From: Octopus bimaculoides
Taxonomy: Eukaryota
Length of the DNA: 64,000 nucleotides
NCBI RefSeq assembly: GCF_001194135.2
Contig: NC_069005.1
Span: forward strand, 2,353,941-2,417,940
Direction: 5' to 3'
A model generated the notes under the pieces. It was not told where the DNA came from, searched no databases, and saw only the letters and a list, made by a program, of their open reading frames with translations. The position numbers were made by a program, and so were the translations under genes. Of the stretch, positions 1 through 13,402 are shown in pieces; position 1 is the stretch's first letter, and every line of letters starts with the position of its first letter.

Positions 1-32
<32 letters not shown>

Positions 33-1530
33 ACACGTATTTGCTTACATCAACACACCTATATATTTGTGCGTGTATGTGTTATGCACGCATTTATCTG
101 TATACACGTACACACACACACATACACACACACAGCAGTTGACAACAATAACAATAATTAAAACATTTTTATCGTCTACCTACATTTATATGTACACACA
201 CACAAAAACGTGTATCCATATACATTATATACATACACAAACACAGCCACATATGAAAGCACGCGCATACATCGTTCATACATGTATATGTGAATGCATA
301 TATATGGGTATACACATTCACGTAAATATACATATATATATATATATGTATGTATATATATATATATATATATACACACATGTATATGCGTGTATGTATA
401 TATATATAAATATATATGCGTATGTTTGTATATATACATATATATACACATATACACACACACATATACACACACATATATACACACATATATATACACA
501 CACACACATATATATACATACACACACATATATACACACGTATATATACATACGTATATATACATACGTATATATACATGCGTATATATACATGCGTATA
601 TATACATGCGTATATATACATGCGTATATATACATGCGTATATATACATGCNNNNNNNNNNNNNNNNNNNNNNNNNNNNNNNNNNNNNNNNNNNNNNNNN
701 NNNNNNNNNNNNNNNNNNNNNNNNNNNNNNNNNNNNNNNNNNNNNNNNNNNNNNNNNNNNNNNNNNNNNNNNNNNNNNNNNNNNNNNNNNNNNNNNNNNN
801 NNNNNNNNNNNNNNNNNNNNNNNNNNNNNNNNNNNNNNNNNNNNNNNNNNNNNNNNNNNNNNNNNNNNNNNNNNNNNNNNNNNNNNNNNNNNNNNNNNNN
901 NNNNNNNNNNNNNNNNNNNNNNNNNNNNNNNNNNNNNNNNNNNNNNNNNNNNNNNNNNNNNNNNNNNNNNNNNNNNNNNNNNNNNNNNNNNNNNNNNNNN
1001 NNNNNNNNNNNNNNNNNNNNNNNNNNNNNNNNNNNNNNNNNNNNNNNNNNNNNNNNNNNNNNNNNNNNNNNNNNNNNNNNNNNNNNNNNNNNNNNNNNNN
1101 NNNNNNNNNNNNNNNNNNNNNNNNNNNNNNNNNNNNNNNNNNNNNNNNNNNNNNNNNNNNNNNNNNNNNNNNNNNNNNNNNNNNNNNNNNNNNNNNNNNN
1201 NNNNNTACACATATATATATACACATATATATATACACATATATATATACACATATATATATACACATATATATACACATATATATATACACATATATAT
1301 ACACATATATATACACATATATACACACATATATACACATATATACACATATATATATATACACATATATATACACATATATATACACACATATATATAC
1401 ACATATATATATACACATATATATATACACATATATATATACACATATATATATACACATATATATATACACATATATATATACACATATATATATACAC
1501 ACAAACACACACACACACTGTTTACACACA
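1..1530. repeat. (TA)n/(CA)n compound microsatellite and 14-bp minisatellite (TATATATACATGCG) around the N-gap at 652-1205
   Basis: Direct reading. The 14-mer repeats in tandem at about 575-651, and TACACATATATA-type units fill 1206-1500. Confidence 0.95.
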
Positions 1531-2148
1531 CACATATGTGTGTGTTTGCGTTTATTTGTTACTGTTTATTCTCAAACTTCCGCCCAAAGGGAAGCTATGC
1601 TGAACAATAATCACAAACTTCCCCGTTTTCAGTTGAATAACAGTTACACAAATGAATGCCAACCTTTATTCTCTTCCACCACCACTCCCACGCACCCCCT
1701 GCCACCACCACCGTCACCTCCACCATCATCTGTGTTCTTTAGAACGTGGAAGGAAGCGATTGCAATGCAAAATCGTTAATAAGTTCATTTGATAGCCATA
1801 AAGATCACTAATAAGGGGCCATTCCGAAGGAAGACCCATCATTTCAGAAAATGATAGTTTTTCAGGCAAACTCGAAAATGATATTTCGCCCTCTGGCGTT
1901 TAGATCTTGTCTCACAGACGACACTGAATCGCGCCACCATACTTCTCTTTCTACCCACTTTTTATCTCAGCTGCTTCAGTTGCTGTTGTTGTTGTTGTTG
2001 TTGTTATTATTATTATCATCATTATCATTATTATTATTAGTATTGTTTTTTCTATTTTATTTTTCACATTTTCATTCCTCCTAAACGTTTTTCTCCTTTT
2101 GGCAATTTATAAATACAATACACAGACACACTCACGCACACACGCATA

Positions 2149-2183
<35 letters not shown>

Positions 2184-2806
2184 GCGCGCGTGTGTGCGCG
2201 TAAATGTGCCATACAGAGGCAGATATATTCGTACATATTCGCACACACCTGACAACGCATATAATACAATATACACGAGCGCACATGCACACACGCGTAC
2301 ATAATAACACACACACACAAAAGAAAAAAACTCGCACATGCCCACCCCACTACACAATCGCGCACAGGGTCAAACACAACACACCGATACTTCCACATAC
2401 GAACACACAAATGCTTACGCACACAAACACATGCATACACATAAACGTATGTATTTATACATACATGTATACATTATGCTTATATATATATATATATANN
2501 NNNNNNNNNNNNNNNNNNNNNNNNNNNNNNNNNNNNNNNNNNNNNNNNNNNNNNNNNNNNNNNNNNNNNNNNNNNNNNNNNNNNNNNNNNNNNNNNNNNN
2601 NNNNNNNNNNNNNNNNNNNNNNNNNNNNNNNNNNNNNNNNNNNNNNNNNNNNNNNNNNNNNNNNNNNNNNNNNNNNNNNNNNNNNNNNNNNNNNNNNNNN
2701 NNNNNNNNNNNNNNNNNNNNNNNNNNNNNNNNNNNNNNNNNNNNNNNNNNNNNNNNNNNNNNNNNNNNNNNNNNNNNNNNNNNNNNNNNNNNNNNNNNNN
2801 NNNNNN

Positions 2807-2853
<47 letters not shown>

Positions 2854-3089
2854 TTACTTGGAAGAGGATGCGTGGCGTTCAATCATGAATATATACGAAT
2901 ATATATATTTATATATACATATGTACATTCATATATACATACGTATATGTACATACTTACATCTGCACGTGTATATATATGCATATGTGGGCACAGGACG
3001 TCATGAAACGTATACAACAGAAACATACGAAGTACGAGTACTTGGAATATGAACTATTTTTTCGAACAACGAAAAACAACTAGAAAACA

Positions 3090-3765
3090 AGACAACATAA
3101 AGGTTGAATAGAAGAAACAACTTCCGTTAATAACAACATATGGTAAGGAAAGAAAAGGACGAAAAGAGGTACAGAAAATAGTGTAACAGTTTCAATTAGG
3201 AAAATGAACGAATTGGGACGAGTCATTGGAGAGTTCGCTTAGATGGAACGATGTGTGGAAGTTGGCACCACTCGGGTTGCGCTTTATAATACGAGTCACA
3301 TATGACTTGCTTCTATCAAACACCAACCTTGTGAAAGGGGGCAAAGAGGAGGTTCCAAGGACAAATCAAAAACACGTGCTCAGCTCCTGTAAGGTAGTCC
3401 TTGCCAATGGGGGATGTACGTGGAGTGCTAGAAGGACTCATTCGTTCAATTAGGGTTCAGACGTGATCTGAAACTACAAACTCAGCCCTGACGTCTGTAA
3501 TAGAAGGGGCGGGGAGAAGTAGCTTGGACCCAAAGTGTTGCTGAGGTAGGACGTTGTGCTTAGAGAAAATCTACTTGGGTTTTGAAAAGGAATAGGAAAT
3601 AGTTGCAGACGTCCCAGAATGGTGCAAGAATTGGCCAATTCTATCAATATGAAAGGACAAAGACCAGATATTGTTCTTTGGTCGAAGTCAGGTGCCTGAA
3701 TCATCTTGGTTGATCTGACAACCCATTACGAGCGCCGGGGTAGATGAACCGCACCAATTTATGAC
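3090..3765 (+). mobile_element. HERO-like non-LTR retrotransposon relic (post-RT region plus restriction-like endonuclease)
   Basis: Manual translation gives TNWDESLESSLRWNDVWKLAPLGLRFIIRVTYDLLLSNTNLVKGGKEE...HVLSSCKVVLANG, then GQRPDIVLWSKSGA*IILVDLTTHYERRVDE (RPD starts at 3661). This fits the HERO-type pattern W..I...YDLLP..NL..W / H.LS.C / RPDIVLWS....LT..WE. Stops, frameshifts and loss of the zinc-knuckle CxxC show decay. Confidence 0.75.
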
Positions 3766-3859
3766 GAGGAAGTGTCCCTTCTCTCTTCCTTTCACTCTAT
3801 CCCCCCTCTCTCTCTTGCTCTCTCACTCTCTCTTCCTAGCGACTTATACATAGATACGT

Positions 3860-4796
3860 ACATACCACCACCACCACCACTGTTATCTCAACCACCACCT
3901 CCAACAGCAACGACACGACTATCACCTACCCACCACGACCAAAAACAACCTCACCGCCGTCCCCCCCTACTACTACTACTACTACTACTACTACAGCTAC
4001 AACTGCTATCATTACCACAACTCCATGACTCACCACCACCACCGTCACCTCCATTGCCCCCACCCCATCCCTATCCCACTACAACAACGAGGTGCAAAAT
4101 AAAAATCGAATTATCCTGATCGATCACAGAAATATATTGAATTTACCCAAAGTTCATTGCGAAGACGATTGAATCAAGGAAAACTCGTGGCGCCATCTAT
4201 GACAGACGTATGTGTAACAATGCGTAACAGTGTGTGTTTATGAGAGGGAGGGAGGGAGGGAACAGAGTAAGGTAAAGGTTACTTGATATGAGGTGAGGTT
4301 GGGGTGGGGTTGCGGTGAAGCTGTGAAATGGCAGAGGGGGGTGTCGTGAGGATGGTGGTGGTGAAGGTGGTAGTGTTACTTGTGGCGATGGTGGTTGTAG
4401 TAGTAGTAGTAGTAGTAGAGGTAATAGAAGACAGGTGTTGGAGTTGTGATTATCTTTGCTGCTGCTGCTGCTGATGATGATGGCGTGGTGGTAGTAATGG
4501 TAATGAGAAGATGGAGTAGGAAGATAGTGTATATGATGATGATGATGATGATGGTGGTGATGGTGGTGGTGACGACGACGACGACAACTACGATTACGAC
4601 GACGATGATGATGGTGTAGTAGAAAAGGATTCCAAGATAGATTAAAGAGATGTCAAAGGATTAACCAAATGATTCTCTTGCGATAATTCTTCAGGGAGAT
4701 GATGTAGTCTTTATGCTTTTTTTATTAAGGCTGCGTGCCTTAAATATGCTGACACCCATTTTACATACTGTAGCAGCAGTAGTAGTAGTAGTAATG

Positions 4797-4839
<43 letters not shown>

Positions 4840-4860
4840 CAGCAGTAGTAGTAGTTGTTG
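3860..4860. repeat. Trinucleotide low-complexity blocks (CAC/CTA)n, (GTG/GAT/GAC)n and (TAG)n
   Basis: Direct reading. Confidence 0.9.
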
Positions 4861-6095
4861 CTGTTGTCGTTTAAACACCACCTCTCCGTTCCGATCTCAA
4901 ATTTGTTCAAGCAGATCCGTCAGCGAAAATATTCAAACTATGATCATACAGTTTTCGTTTTGGTTTGTGAATAGTGTAGCTAGGAATACATTATCTAATG
5001 TGACTCTTTCTTGGAACAATATATATATATATATATATATANNNNNNNNNNNNNNNNNNNNNNNNNNNNNNNNNNNNNNNNNNNNNNNNNNNNNNNNNNN
5101 NNNNNNNNNNNNNNNNNNNNNNNNNNNNNNNNNNNNNNNNNNNNNNNNNNNNNNNNNNNNNNNNNNNNNNNNNNNNNNNNNNNNNNNNNNNNNNNNNNNN
5201 NNNNNNNNNNNNNNNNNNNNNNNNNNNNNNNNNNNNNNNNNNNNNNNNNNNNNNNNNNNNNNNNNNNNNNNNNNNNNNNNNNNNNNNNNNNNNNNNNNNN
5301 NNNNNNNNNNNNNNNNNNNNNNNNNNNNNNNNNNNNNNNNNNNNNNNNNNNNNNNNNNNNNNNNNNNNNNNNNNNNNNNNNNNNNNNNNNNNNNNNNNNN
5401 NNNNNNNNNNNNNNNNNNNNNNNNNNNNNNNNNNNNNNNNNNNNNNNNNNNNNNNNNNNNNNNNNNNNNNNNNNNNNNNNNNNNNNNNNNNNNNNNNNNN
5501 NNNNNNNNNNNNNNNNNNNNNNNNNNNNNNNNNNNNNNNNNNNNNNNNNNNNNNNNNNNNNNNNNNNNNNNNNNNNNNNNNNNNNNNNNNNNNNNNNNNN
5601 NNNNNNNNNNNNNNNNNNNNNNNNNNNNNNNNNNNNNNNNNNNNNNNNNNNNNNNNNNNNNNNNNNNNNNNNNNNNNNNNNNNNNNNNNNNNNNNNNNNN
5701 NNNNNNNNNNNNNNNNNNNNNNNNNNNNNNNNNNNNNNNNNNNNNNNNNNNNNNNNNNNNNNNNNNNNNNNNNNNNNNNNNNNNNNNNNNNNNNNNNNNN
5801 NNNNNNNNNNNNNNNNNNNNNNNNNNNNNNNNNNNNNNNNNNNNNNNNNNNNNNNNNNNNNNNNNNNNNNNNNNNNNNNNNNNNNNNNNNNNNNNNNNNN
5901 NNNNNNNNNNNNNNNNNNNNNNNNNNNNNNNNNNNNNNNNNNNNNNNNNNNNNNNNNNNNTATACATATATATATACACACACACACACATACGTATACA
6001 TATATATATACACACACACACACACATACGTATACATATATATATACACACACACACACACATACGTATACATATATATATATACACACACACAC

Positions 6096-6133
<38 letters not shown>

Positions 6134-6769
6134 TATACATACATATATACTAATGCACTAATCATGAAATCATATGATCTGCAGCTGAATCTGTTTTTCA
6201 AAGGCTCGCTCAGAGAGTTGCCTTCCCTCGCGTTCGGTAAAAATGTGTTCATTATAGTAGTTTTGACTTTAAGAGTCCCGCCTAGCGTGGGGCCTTTATG
6301 TATAGTAATGCCCTTAATATATATAAATATTATTGATGTGATCGACCATCCCCCTCCCTCGAAATTTCAGGTTTTGTGCCTATAGTAGAAAAAATTCCTA
6401 ACAGGGATCAGTAATGTTAACCCTTAGAGGTGACGCTGTATATAGCACGGCAGAAATCTAGCAACTGAGAAAACATTAAAAGATTAAGAAGATGAAAAAA
6501 AATTACTAAAAGGTGATTAATAACAACTTCCATTCTTTACTTGTAAAGAACGAAAGTAAACTAAGGGAAGTAACTTTCGGGTAAGAGTGGTTCCCCTTTA
6601 AAGTTGATTATAACATGGGAGCCTTGTTGACTCCTGTTTCGTCACTAAAAGCAGTAGATATACATGCACACACACACACACATATATACACATATGTATA
6701 TACATATATACACACACACATACACACACATATTTACATATGTATATGTATGTATGTATGTATGTATGC

Positions 6770-6821
<52 letters not shown>

Positions 6822-7662
6822 NNNNNNNNNNNNNNNNNNNNNNNNNNNNNNNNNNNNNNNNNNNNNNNNNNNNNNNNNNNNNNNNNNNNNNNNNNNNNNN
6901 NNNNNNNNNNNNNNNNNNNNNNNNNNNNNNNNNNNNNNNNNNNNNNNNNNNNNNNNNNNNNNNNNNNNNNNNNNNNNNNNNNNNNNNNNNNNNNNNNNNN
7001 NNNNNNNNNNNNNNNNNNNNNNNNNNNNNNNNNNNNNNNNNNNNNNNNNNNNNNNNNNNNNNNNNNNNNNNNNNNNNNNNNNNNNNNNNNNNNNNNNNNN
7101 NNNNNNNNNNNNNNNNNNNNNNNNNNNNNNNNNNNNNNNNNNNNNNNNNNNNNNNNNNNNNNNNNNNNNNNNNNNNNNNNNNNNNNNNNNNNNNNNNNNN
7201 NNNNNNNNNNNNNNNNNNNNNNNNNNNNNNNNNNNNNNNNNNNNNNNNNNNNNNNNNNNNNNNNNNNNNNNNNNNNNNNNNNNNNNNNNNNNNNNNNNNN
7301 NNNNNNNNNNNNNNNNNNNNNNNNNNNNNNNNNNNNNNNNNNNNNNNNNNNNNNNNNNNNNNNNNNNNNNNNNNNNNNNNNNNNNNNNNNNNNNNNNNNN
7401 NNNNNNNNNNNNNNNNNNNNNNNNNNNNNNNNNNNNNNNNNNNNNNNNNNNNNNNNNNNNNNNNNNNNNNNNNNNNNNNNNNNNNNNNNNNTATGCATAT
7501 GTAAATTAACAGGTCTACATACAGACGGGTAGGTACATAGGGTATATGAACAGACAACCACATACACAAATAGAGACTGAAACACATGGCCACATAAACA
7601 CACACACTTGTCTACACATATGAAGATGTGCACCCATACATGCAAACATGGTACATAGCAGC

Positions 7663-7712
<50 letters not shown>

Positions 7713-8948
7713 GAGACAGAGGTACATACATACATACATATACACACATGCACACACATACATAAAAAAGAAAAAAACAAAAAGAACAGACACACACACA
7801 AATGCAGAATACATACATACATGCAAACACACACATACATACATATATACATACACACACATACATACATATATACATGTGCGCACACACAGATACACAC
7901 ACACATGCACACATACATACATGCATACATACATGCACACATACGCATGCGCAAAAACAAAAAAAAAAAGCAATAACAGAACGCAACGTAAACAACGGAC
8001 AGAGTTAAGACTATTGAAAAGGTTGCAAGACGCAACGAAAATTTTAGGAAAATAAAAATAAGGGCTCTTTTTTAAAACGGGGGCCACATTTTTCATTAAT
8101 GTTTTACGTAGTGTTTTTGGTACCGAAAGACTTTCAAACTTCGTATACTAATCTATTTTGTGTTATAGAACAGAAAAATATTTTTGTATTCGAATTTATT
8201 TCATGTAAAAAATTCGTCTTATNNNNNNNNNNNNNNNNNNNNNNNNNNNNNNNNNNNNNNNNNNNNNNNNNNNNNNNNNNNNNNNNNNNNNNNNNNNNNN
8301 NNNNNNNNNNNNNNNNNNNNNNNNNNNNNNNNNNNNNNNNNNNNNNNNNNNNNNNNNNNNNNNNNNNNNNNNNNNNNNNNNNNNNNNNNNNNNNNNNNNN
8401 NNNNNNNNNNNNNNNNNNNNNNNNNNNNNNNNNNNNNNNNNNNNNNNNNNNNNNNNNNNNNNNNNNNNNNNNNNNNNNNNNNNNNNNNNNNNNNNNNNNN
8501 NNNNNNNNNNNNNNNNNNNNNNNNNNNNNNNNNNNNNNNNNNNNNNNNNNNNNNNNNNNNNNNNNNNNNNNNNNNNNNNNNNNNNNNNNNNNNNNNNNNN
8601 NNNNNNNNNNNNNNNNNNNNNNNNNNNNNNNNNNNNNNNNNNNNNNNNNNNNNNNNNNNNNNNNNNNNNNNNNNNNNNNNNNNNNNNNNNNNNNNNNNNN
8701 NNNNNNNNNNNNNNNNNNNNNNNNNNNNNNNNNNNNNNNNNNNNNNNNNNNNNNNNNNNNNNNNNNNNNNNNNNNNNNNNNNNNNNNNNNNNNNNNNNNN
8801 NNNNNNNNNNNNNNNNNNNNNNNNNNNNNNNNNNNNNNNNNNNNNNNNNNNNNNNNNNNNNNNNNNNNNNNNNNNNNNNNNNNNNNNNNNNNNNNNNNNN
8901 NNNNNNNNNNNNNNNNNNNNNNNNNNNNNNNNNNNNNNNNNNNNNNNN

Positions 8949-8990
8949 TGTTTTAGTCATTGGACTGCGCCCATGCTGAAGCACCGTCAA
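8949..8990 (-). mobile_element. SINE family B 3' tail fragment
   Basis: TGTTTTAGTCATTGGACTGCGCCCATGCTGAAGCACCG matches the reverse complement of the family B tail seen at 10295-10340. Confidence 0.7.
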
Positions 8991-8994
8991 ACAT

Positions 8995-9920
8995 TTCAGC
9001 TCCAGAACTAATCGATGATTCGTGCTGGTTTTGAAAGCGCCGACGACATGACAGCCGTGCAATGCTTTATGAAGGCTTTGAAGACAGTAAGAGGTGACAT
9101 GGACTGCTGCAATAGGAAGTACGAGGCCGTGGCTAGCAGGAAGGGACACAGCAGGTTTTCTGACAGCGTCTGCACGCCGGAGGTCATCTAGCAACTGCAC
9201 GGACAAGGTAATGAAAGATCAGAGCAAGGGAATCCGAGCTTTGTCGAAAGTGGTGGGTGTCGGAGTCGCCAGCATGAAGTTGGTCCTAAATGAGAACATT
9301 TGCTGCCACCCGTACAAGATTTGCACGCGAAATATTCTGACAGGTCAAGGAAAACCACTTGACGAAGGCAAAGAGACTTCAGAACAAACTGAGACATCCT
9401 GATCGGCTGGAGATGAGTTGGCTCTTCTCAAATGAAAAGAACTTCTGCCAAGACAGTTGCAGAACACCCAGAACAACAGGTAGCTTGCCTGTAATCCATG
9501 TGGTCACACGCGGGTTTTGGATGTGTCTTTAGTAAGGGTGACGTTATACCGTCCATCATCCTTCAACAGGATCATAGATTCAATTCACTCTGGCTTATGA
9601 AGCTGTTGGATAATGTGTTTAAACTCTGACTGGAGAAGGTTGCTCCTGGAAGGCCGTATTTGTGTGAGTAGGATTTGGCTCCTAACCATATATTCGGAAA
9701 GAGTCACAAGTGGTTGTAGGAGAATTTCTACGACTCCAACAGCCCCGATTTCTGGCTTCTTAATTTCCCTTATTATAATCCCATAGATTACCATGTGTGG
9801 TATGAAGTTGAGAAAGACACCAAGGGCTCTGTCTGAAAACCCAAATCTGAGCTGGTGGTCAAAATCAAGTAGGTGCTCGAAAATCTTCCCAGGGATACAT
9901 GAGCCTCGTTCGGAGCCATC
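8995..9920 (+). mobile_element. Decayed Tc1/mariner-superfamily transposase, DD37D (maT-like)
   Basis: HTH-like KGIRALSKVVGVGVASMKLVLNENICCHPYK and the first-D region FSNEKNFCQD are present. From 9671 the frame reads D-LAPNHIFGKSHKWL*ENFYDSNSPDFWLLNFPYYNPI-D-Y, with 37 residues counted between the two Asp. It resembles QQDSAP...WPPNSPDLNP.DY. Multiple stops and frameshifts. Confidence 0.85.
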
Positions 9921-9950
9921 TATCTAGTTAGCTAGCTAGCTACCTAGATA

Positions 9951-10360
9951 GCGCAGGCGTTGCTGAGTGGTAAGAAGCTCACTTCCCAATCACATGATTC
10001 CATGTTCAGTCCCACTGTGTGGCACCTTGGTCAAGTGTCTTCTACGATAGCCACAAGCCCACTTAAACCTTGTGAATGGATTTCGTAGACGGAAGCTGGA
10101 ACAAGCCCGTCGTAGTTGCTTGAGTGTATGTGTGTCTTTGTGTCTGTTTGTTTCCCCATCACAGCTTGACAGCAATTGCTGGTATGCTTTAGCCCCCGTA
10201 ACTTAGTGCTTCGGTAAAACAGTCCGATAGAACAAGTCCTAGGCTTACAAACGATAAGTTCTAGGGTTGATTTGCTCGACTAAACTTCTTCAAGGCGGTG
10301 CTCCAGCATGACCGCAGTCAAATGACTGAAACGAGTAAAAGAATGAAGGAATAAAAGAAT
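9951..10360 (+). mobile_element. SINE family B, near full length (tRNA-like head, CORE-like motif, internal TG tract, 3' half)
   Basis: Box A-like TTGCTGAGTGG, box B-like GTTCAGTCCC, CORE-like CACCTTGGTCAAGT, and the tail GGCGGTGCTCCAGCATGACCGCAGTCAAATGACTGAAAC...AAAAGAAT. Many homologous copies occur in the window. Confidence 0.85.
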
Positions 10361-10449
10361 AAACATACATACATACACAATGACAGAAACTGACAGATAG
10401 AAAACGGAATACACGGGTACCTTTATTGCTCACAACGATCATTTAAACA

Positions 10450-10723
10450 CATCCTGCATCGACCCCTCGCAGATGGGAGACTATAGAACAATAGAACAAG
10501 CTGTGCTGCATCCCTCGGTCTAGAAGAGTATCGTCAGGTGATGTAATAAGAGAGATCTCGTTAAACGAACTCGGTTTCGGTCGGATTTAATACAGCATGT
10601 TGTTAGCGTCTGTAGGTTTAATCCGTTAGCCAGGAACGCCACCTGATGAGACGTCCGTGCACCGAGGGACGCACCACAACTAGTTGCGTGGTTTCCTAAT
10701 CCGCGTGGGATCGATGCAGGATG
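10450..10723. repeat. Foldback element with about 90-bp imperfect inverted arms
   Basis: CATCCTGCATCGACCCCTCGC (10450) pairs with GCGTGGGATCGATGCAGGATG (ends 10723). GCATCCCTCGGT...TCAGGTG pairs with CACCTGA...ACCGAGGGACGC. Confidence 0.75.
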
Positions 10724-11334
10724 CGTATGCGAATTTTTGAGGGAGATCAAGCTATAGTTGTGTAATTACAGATAGCCATAGACAATGAACGTGACCCCAC
10801 ACTTAAAGATAAGTATACACACGCGCGCGTGCGTGCGTGCGAATAAACCACTCTGCAACACGTTGGATGGGGAGAATCCTCATCACAAATTGGGGGCTGA
10901 CACAAGGGAGCCAAGAAACGAACGTCTACGATATTGTGGTTTCTATACTCTAAACTCGTGGCCACAGATGTAACATACGTATTCAAAAACTATTACTACT
11001 ATTACTACAACTATTACTACTTCTACAATTACTACTACTACTACTCTACCTCTATCTCCTCTTTCTTTCTGTCCGTCTGCCTACTCTCCGTCTGTCTGTC
11101 TCTCTCTGCGTTTGTCTGTCTGTTATATTGTCCGTCTGTCTGTCTGTCTCTCTCCTTCAGCATAAGTGTCTTTGTAGTTTAATGCAAATTTTTCAACTTT
11201 TTACCCCACCACCAAGTATATTATTGCACAAGAAAGATAACTCGCGACAAATAATTGAGAGTTACTTCCCTTGAAAGTTTAAATTATAAAATTTAACGTA
11301 GATTAACTAATATTGCATTCCAAGTTTGACACAA

Positions 11335-11455
11335 GGCCAGATATTTCAGGTAAGAGGTTATTTCTGCTTCACCGACCCCAGTGTTCAACTGGTACCTACT
11401 TTATCGACCTCGAAAGGAAGAAAGGCAAATTCGACCCCGGAGGAATTTGAACACA

Positions 11456-11460
<5 letters not shown>
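11335..11460 (-). mobile_element. SINE family A fragment
   Basis: GACCCCAGTGTTCAACTGGTACCTACTTTATCGACCTCGAAAGGAAGAAAGGCAAATTCGACC...GAATTTGAAC is the reverse complement of the family A core. Confidence 0.75.
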
Positions 11461-11492
<32 letters not shown>

Positions 11493-12061
11493 TGTAGTAT
11501 ATTGTCAACTTAATGTGACAATCCCAATAAGGGAATACACTACTGCTGTTTAGCCCTAGGAAGCTGGACCGCTTCCTGTCGGCCTTGACACAATTACTGT
11601 GTCCTTAAGTTTGTGCTGATTTAGAAATATATTTCTAATTTTGCTGATCAGTGAATGAATTTCACTATGATTTACATAAGTTTGTGAAGGAGAAACAGGC
11701 TTCTTTNNNNNNNNNNNNNNNNNNNNNNNNNNNNNNNNNNNNNNNNNNNNNNNNNNNNNNNNNNNNNNNNNNNNNNNNNNNNNNNNNNNNNNNNNNNNNN
11801 NNNNNNNNNNNNNNNNNNNNNNNNNNNNNNNNNNNNNNNNNNNNNNNNNNNNNNNNNNNNNNNNNNNNNNNNNNNNNNNNNNNNNNNNNNNNNNNNNNNN
11901 NNNNNNNNNNNNNNNNNNNNNNNNNNNNNNNNNNNNNNNNNNNNNNNNNNNNNNNNNNNNNNNNNNNNNNNNNNNNNNNNNNNNNNNNNNNNNNNNNNNN
12001 NNNNNNNNNNNNNNNNNNNNNNNNNNNNNNNNNNNGCGCCTATATATTTATATATATATTT

Positions 12062-12455
12062 TTATTCTTTTATTTGTTTCAGTCATTTGAATGCGGCTAT
12101 GCTAGAGCACCGCCTTTAGTCGAGCAAATCGACCCCAGGACTTATTCCTTGGAAGCCTAGTACTTATTCTATCGGTCTCTTTTGCCGAACCGCTAAGTTG
12201 CGGAGACGTAAACACACCAGCATCGGTTGTCAAGCGATGCTGGGGGAACAAACACAGACACACAAACATATACACGCACATACATATATATATACGACGG
12301 GCTTCTTTCAGTTTCCATCTACCAAATTCACTCAAGGCTTTGGTCGGCCCGAGGCTATAGTAGAAGACACTTGCCCAAGGTGCCACGCAGTAGGACTGAG
12401 CCCGGAACCATGTGGTTTGTAAGCAAGCTACTTACCACACAGCCACTTCTGCGCC
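12062..12455 (-). mobile_element. SINE family B, full length
   Basis: Complete reverse complement from the tail (TTGTTTCAGTCATTTGA) to the head (CCACACAGCCACTTCTGCGCC), including the CORE-like ACTTGCCCAAGGTG. Confidence 0.9.
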
Positions 12456-12477
12456 TATATATTTATATATATATTTT

Positions 12478-12834
12478 TATTCTTTTATTTGTTTCAGTCA
12501 TTTGAATGCGGCTATGCTAGAGCACCGCCTTTAATGGAGGAAATCGATCCCAGGACTTATTCTTTGTAAGCCTAGTATTATTCTATCGGATCCTTTTGCC
12601 GAACCGCTATGTTACAGGGACGTAAACACACCATCATCGGTGGTCAAGCGATGTTGTGGGGACAAACAGACACACATATGCATATATATACGACGGGCTT
12701 CTTTAAGTTTCCGTTTACCAAATCCACTCACGAGGCTTTGCTCGGCCCAAGGCTATAGTAGAAGATACTTGTCCAATGTGTCACGCAGTGGGACTAAACC
12801 TAGAACCGTGTGGTTGGTAAGGAAGCCCACAGCC
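12478..12834 (-). mobile_element. SINE family B, second tandem copy
   Basis: Colinear homology to 12062-12455. Confidence 0.9.
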
Positions 12835-12941
12835 ATATATATATATATATATACACACATATATACACACATATATACACACATACATACATATATACAC
12901 ACATACACACATACATACATACATACGTGCATGCGTGCGTG

Positions 12942-12986
<45 letters not shown>

Positions 12987-12987
<1 letters not shown>

Positions 12988-13363
12988 GAGGCGCAATGGC
13001 CCAGTGGTTAGGGCAGCGGACTCGGGGTCGTAGGATCGCGGTTTCGATTCCCAGACCGGGCGTTGTTAGTGTTTTTTGAGCGAAAACACCTAATGCTCCA
13101 CGAGGCTCTGGCAGGGGGTGGTGGCGAACTCTGCTGTACTCTTTCACCACAACTTTCACTCTTTCTTCCTGTTTCTCTTTTACATTTATTTCAAAGGGCC
13201 AGCCTTGTCACACTGTGTTACGCTGAGTATCCCCGAGAACTACGTTAAGGGTACACGTGTCTGTGGAGTGCTCAGCCACTTGCACGTTAATTTCACGAGC
13301 AGGCTGTTTCGTTGATCGGATCAACTGGAACCCTCGACGTCGTAAGCGACGGAGTGCCGACAA
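12987..13363 (+). mobile_element. SINE family C, full length, tRNA-derived head
   Basis: GGAGGCGCAATGGCCCAGTGGTTAGGGCAGCGGACTCGGGGTCGTAGGATCGCGGTTTCGATTCCCAG contains box A and box B. The 3' part is homologous to 22010-22197. Both flanks are (TA)n. Confidence 0.85.
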
Positions 13364-13367
13364 AATA

Positions 13368-13402
<35 letters not shown>

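Noticed and set aside
3775-4620. C-rich and G-rich blocks that might form a large inverted repeat
   Set aside because: The block order is not mirrored, and the complementarity is only that of low-complexity sequence.
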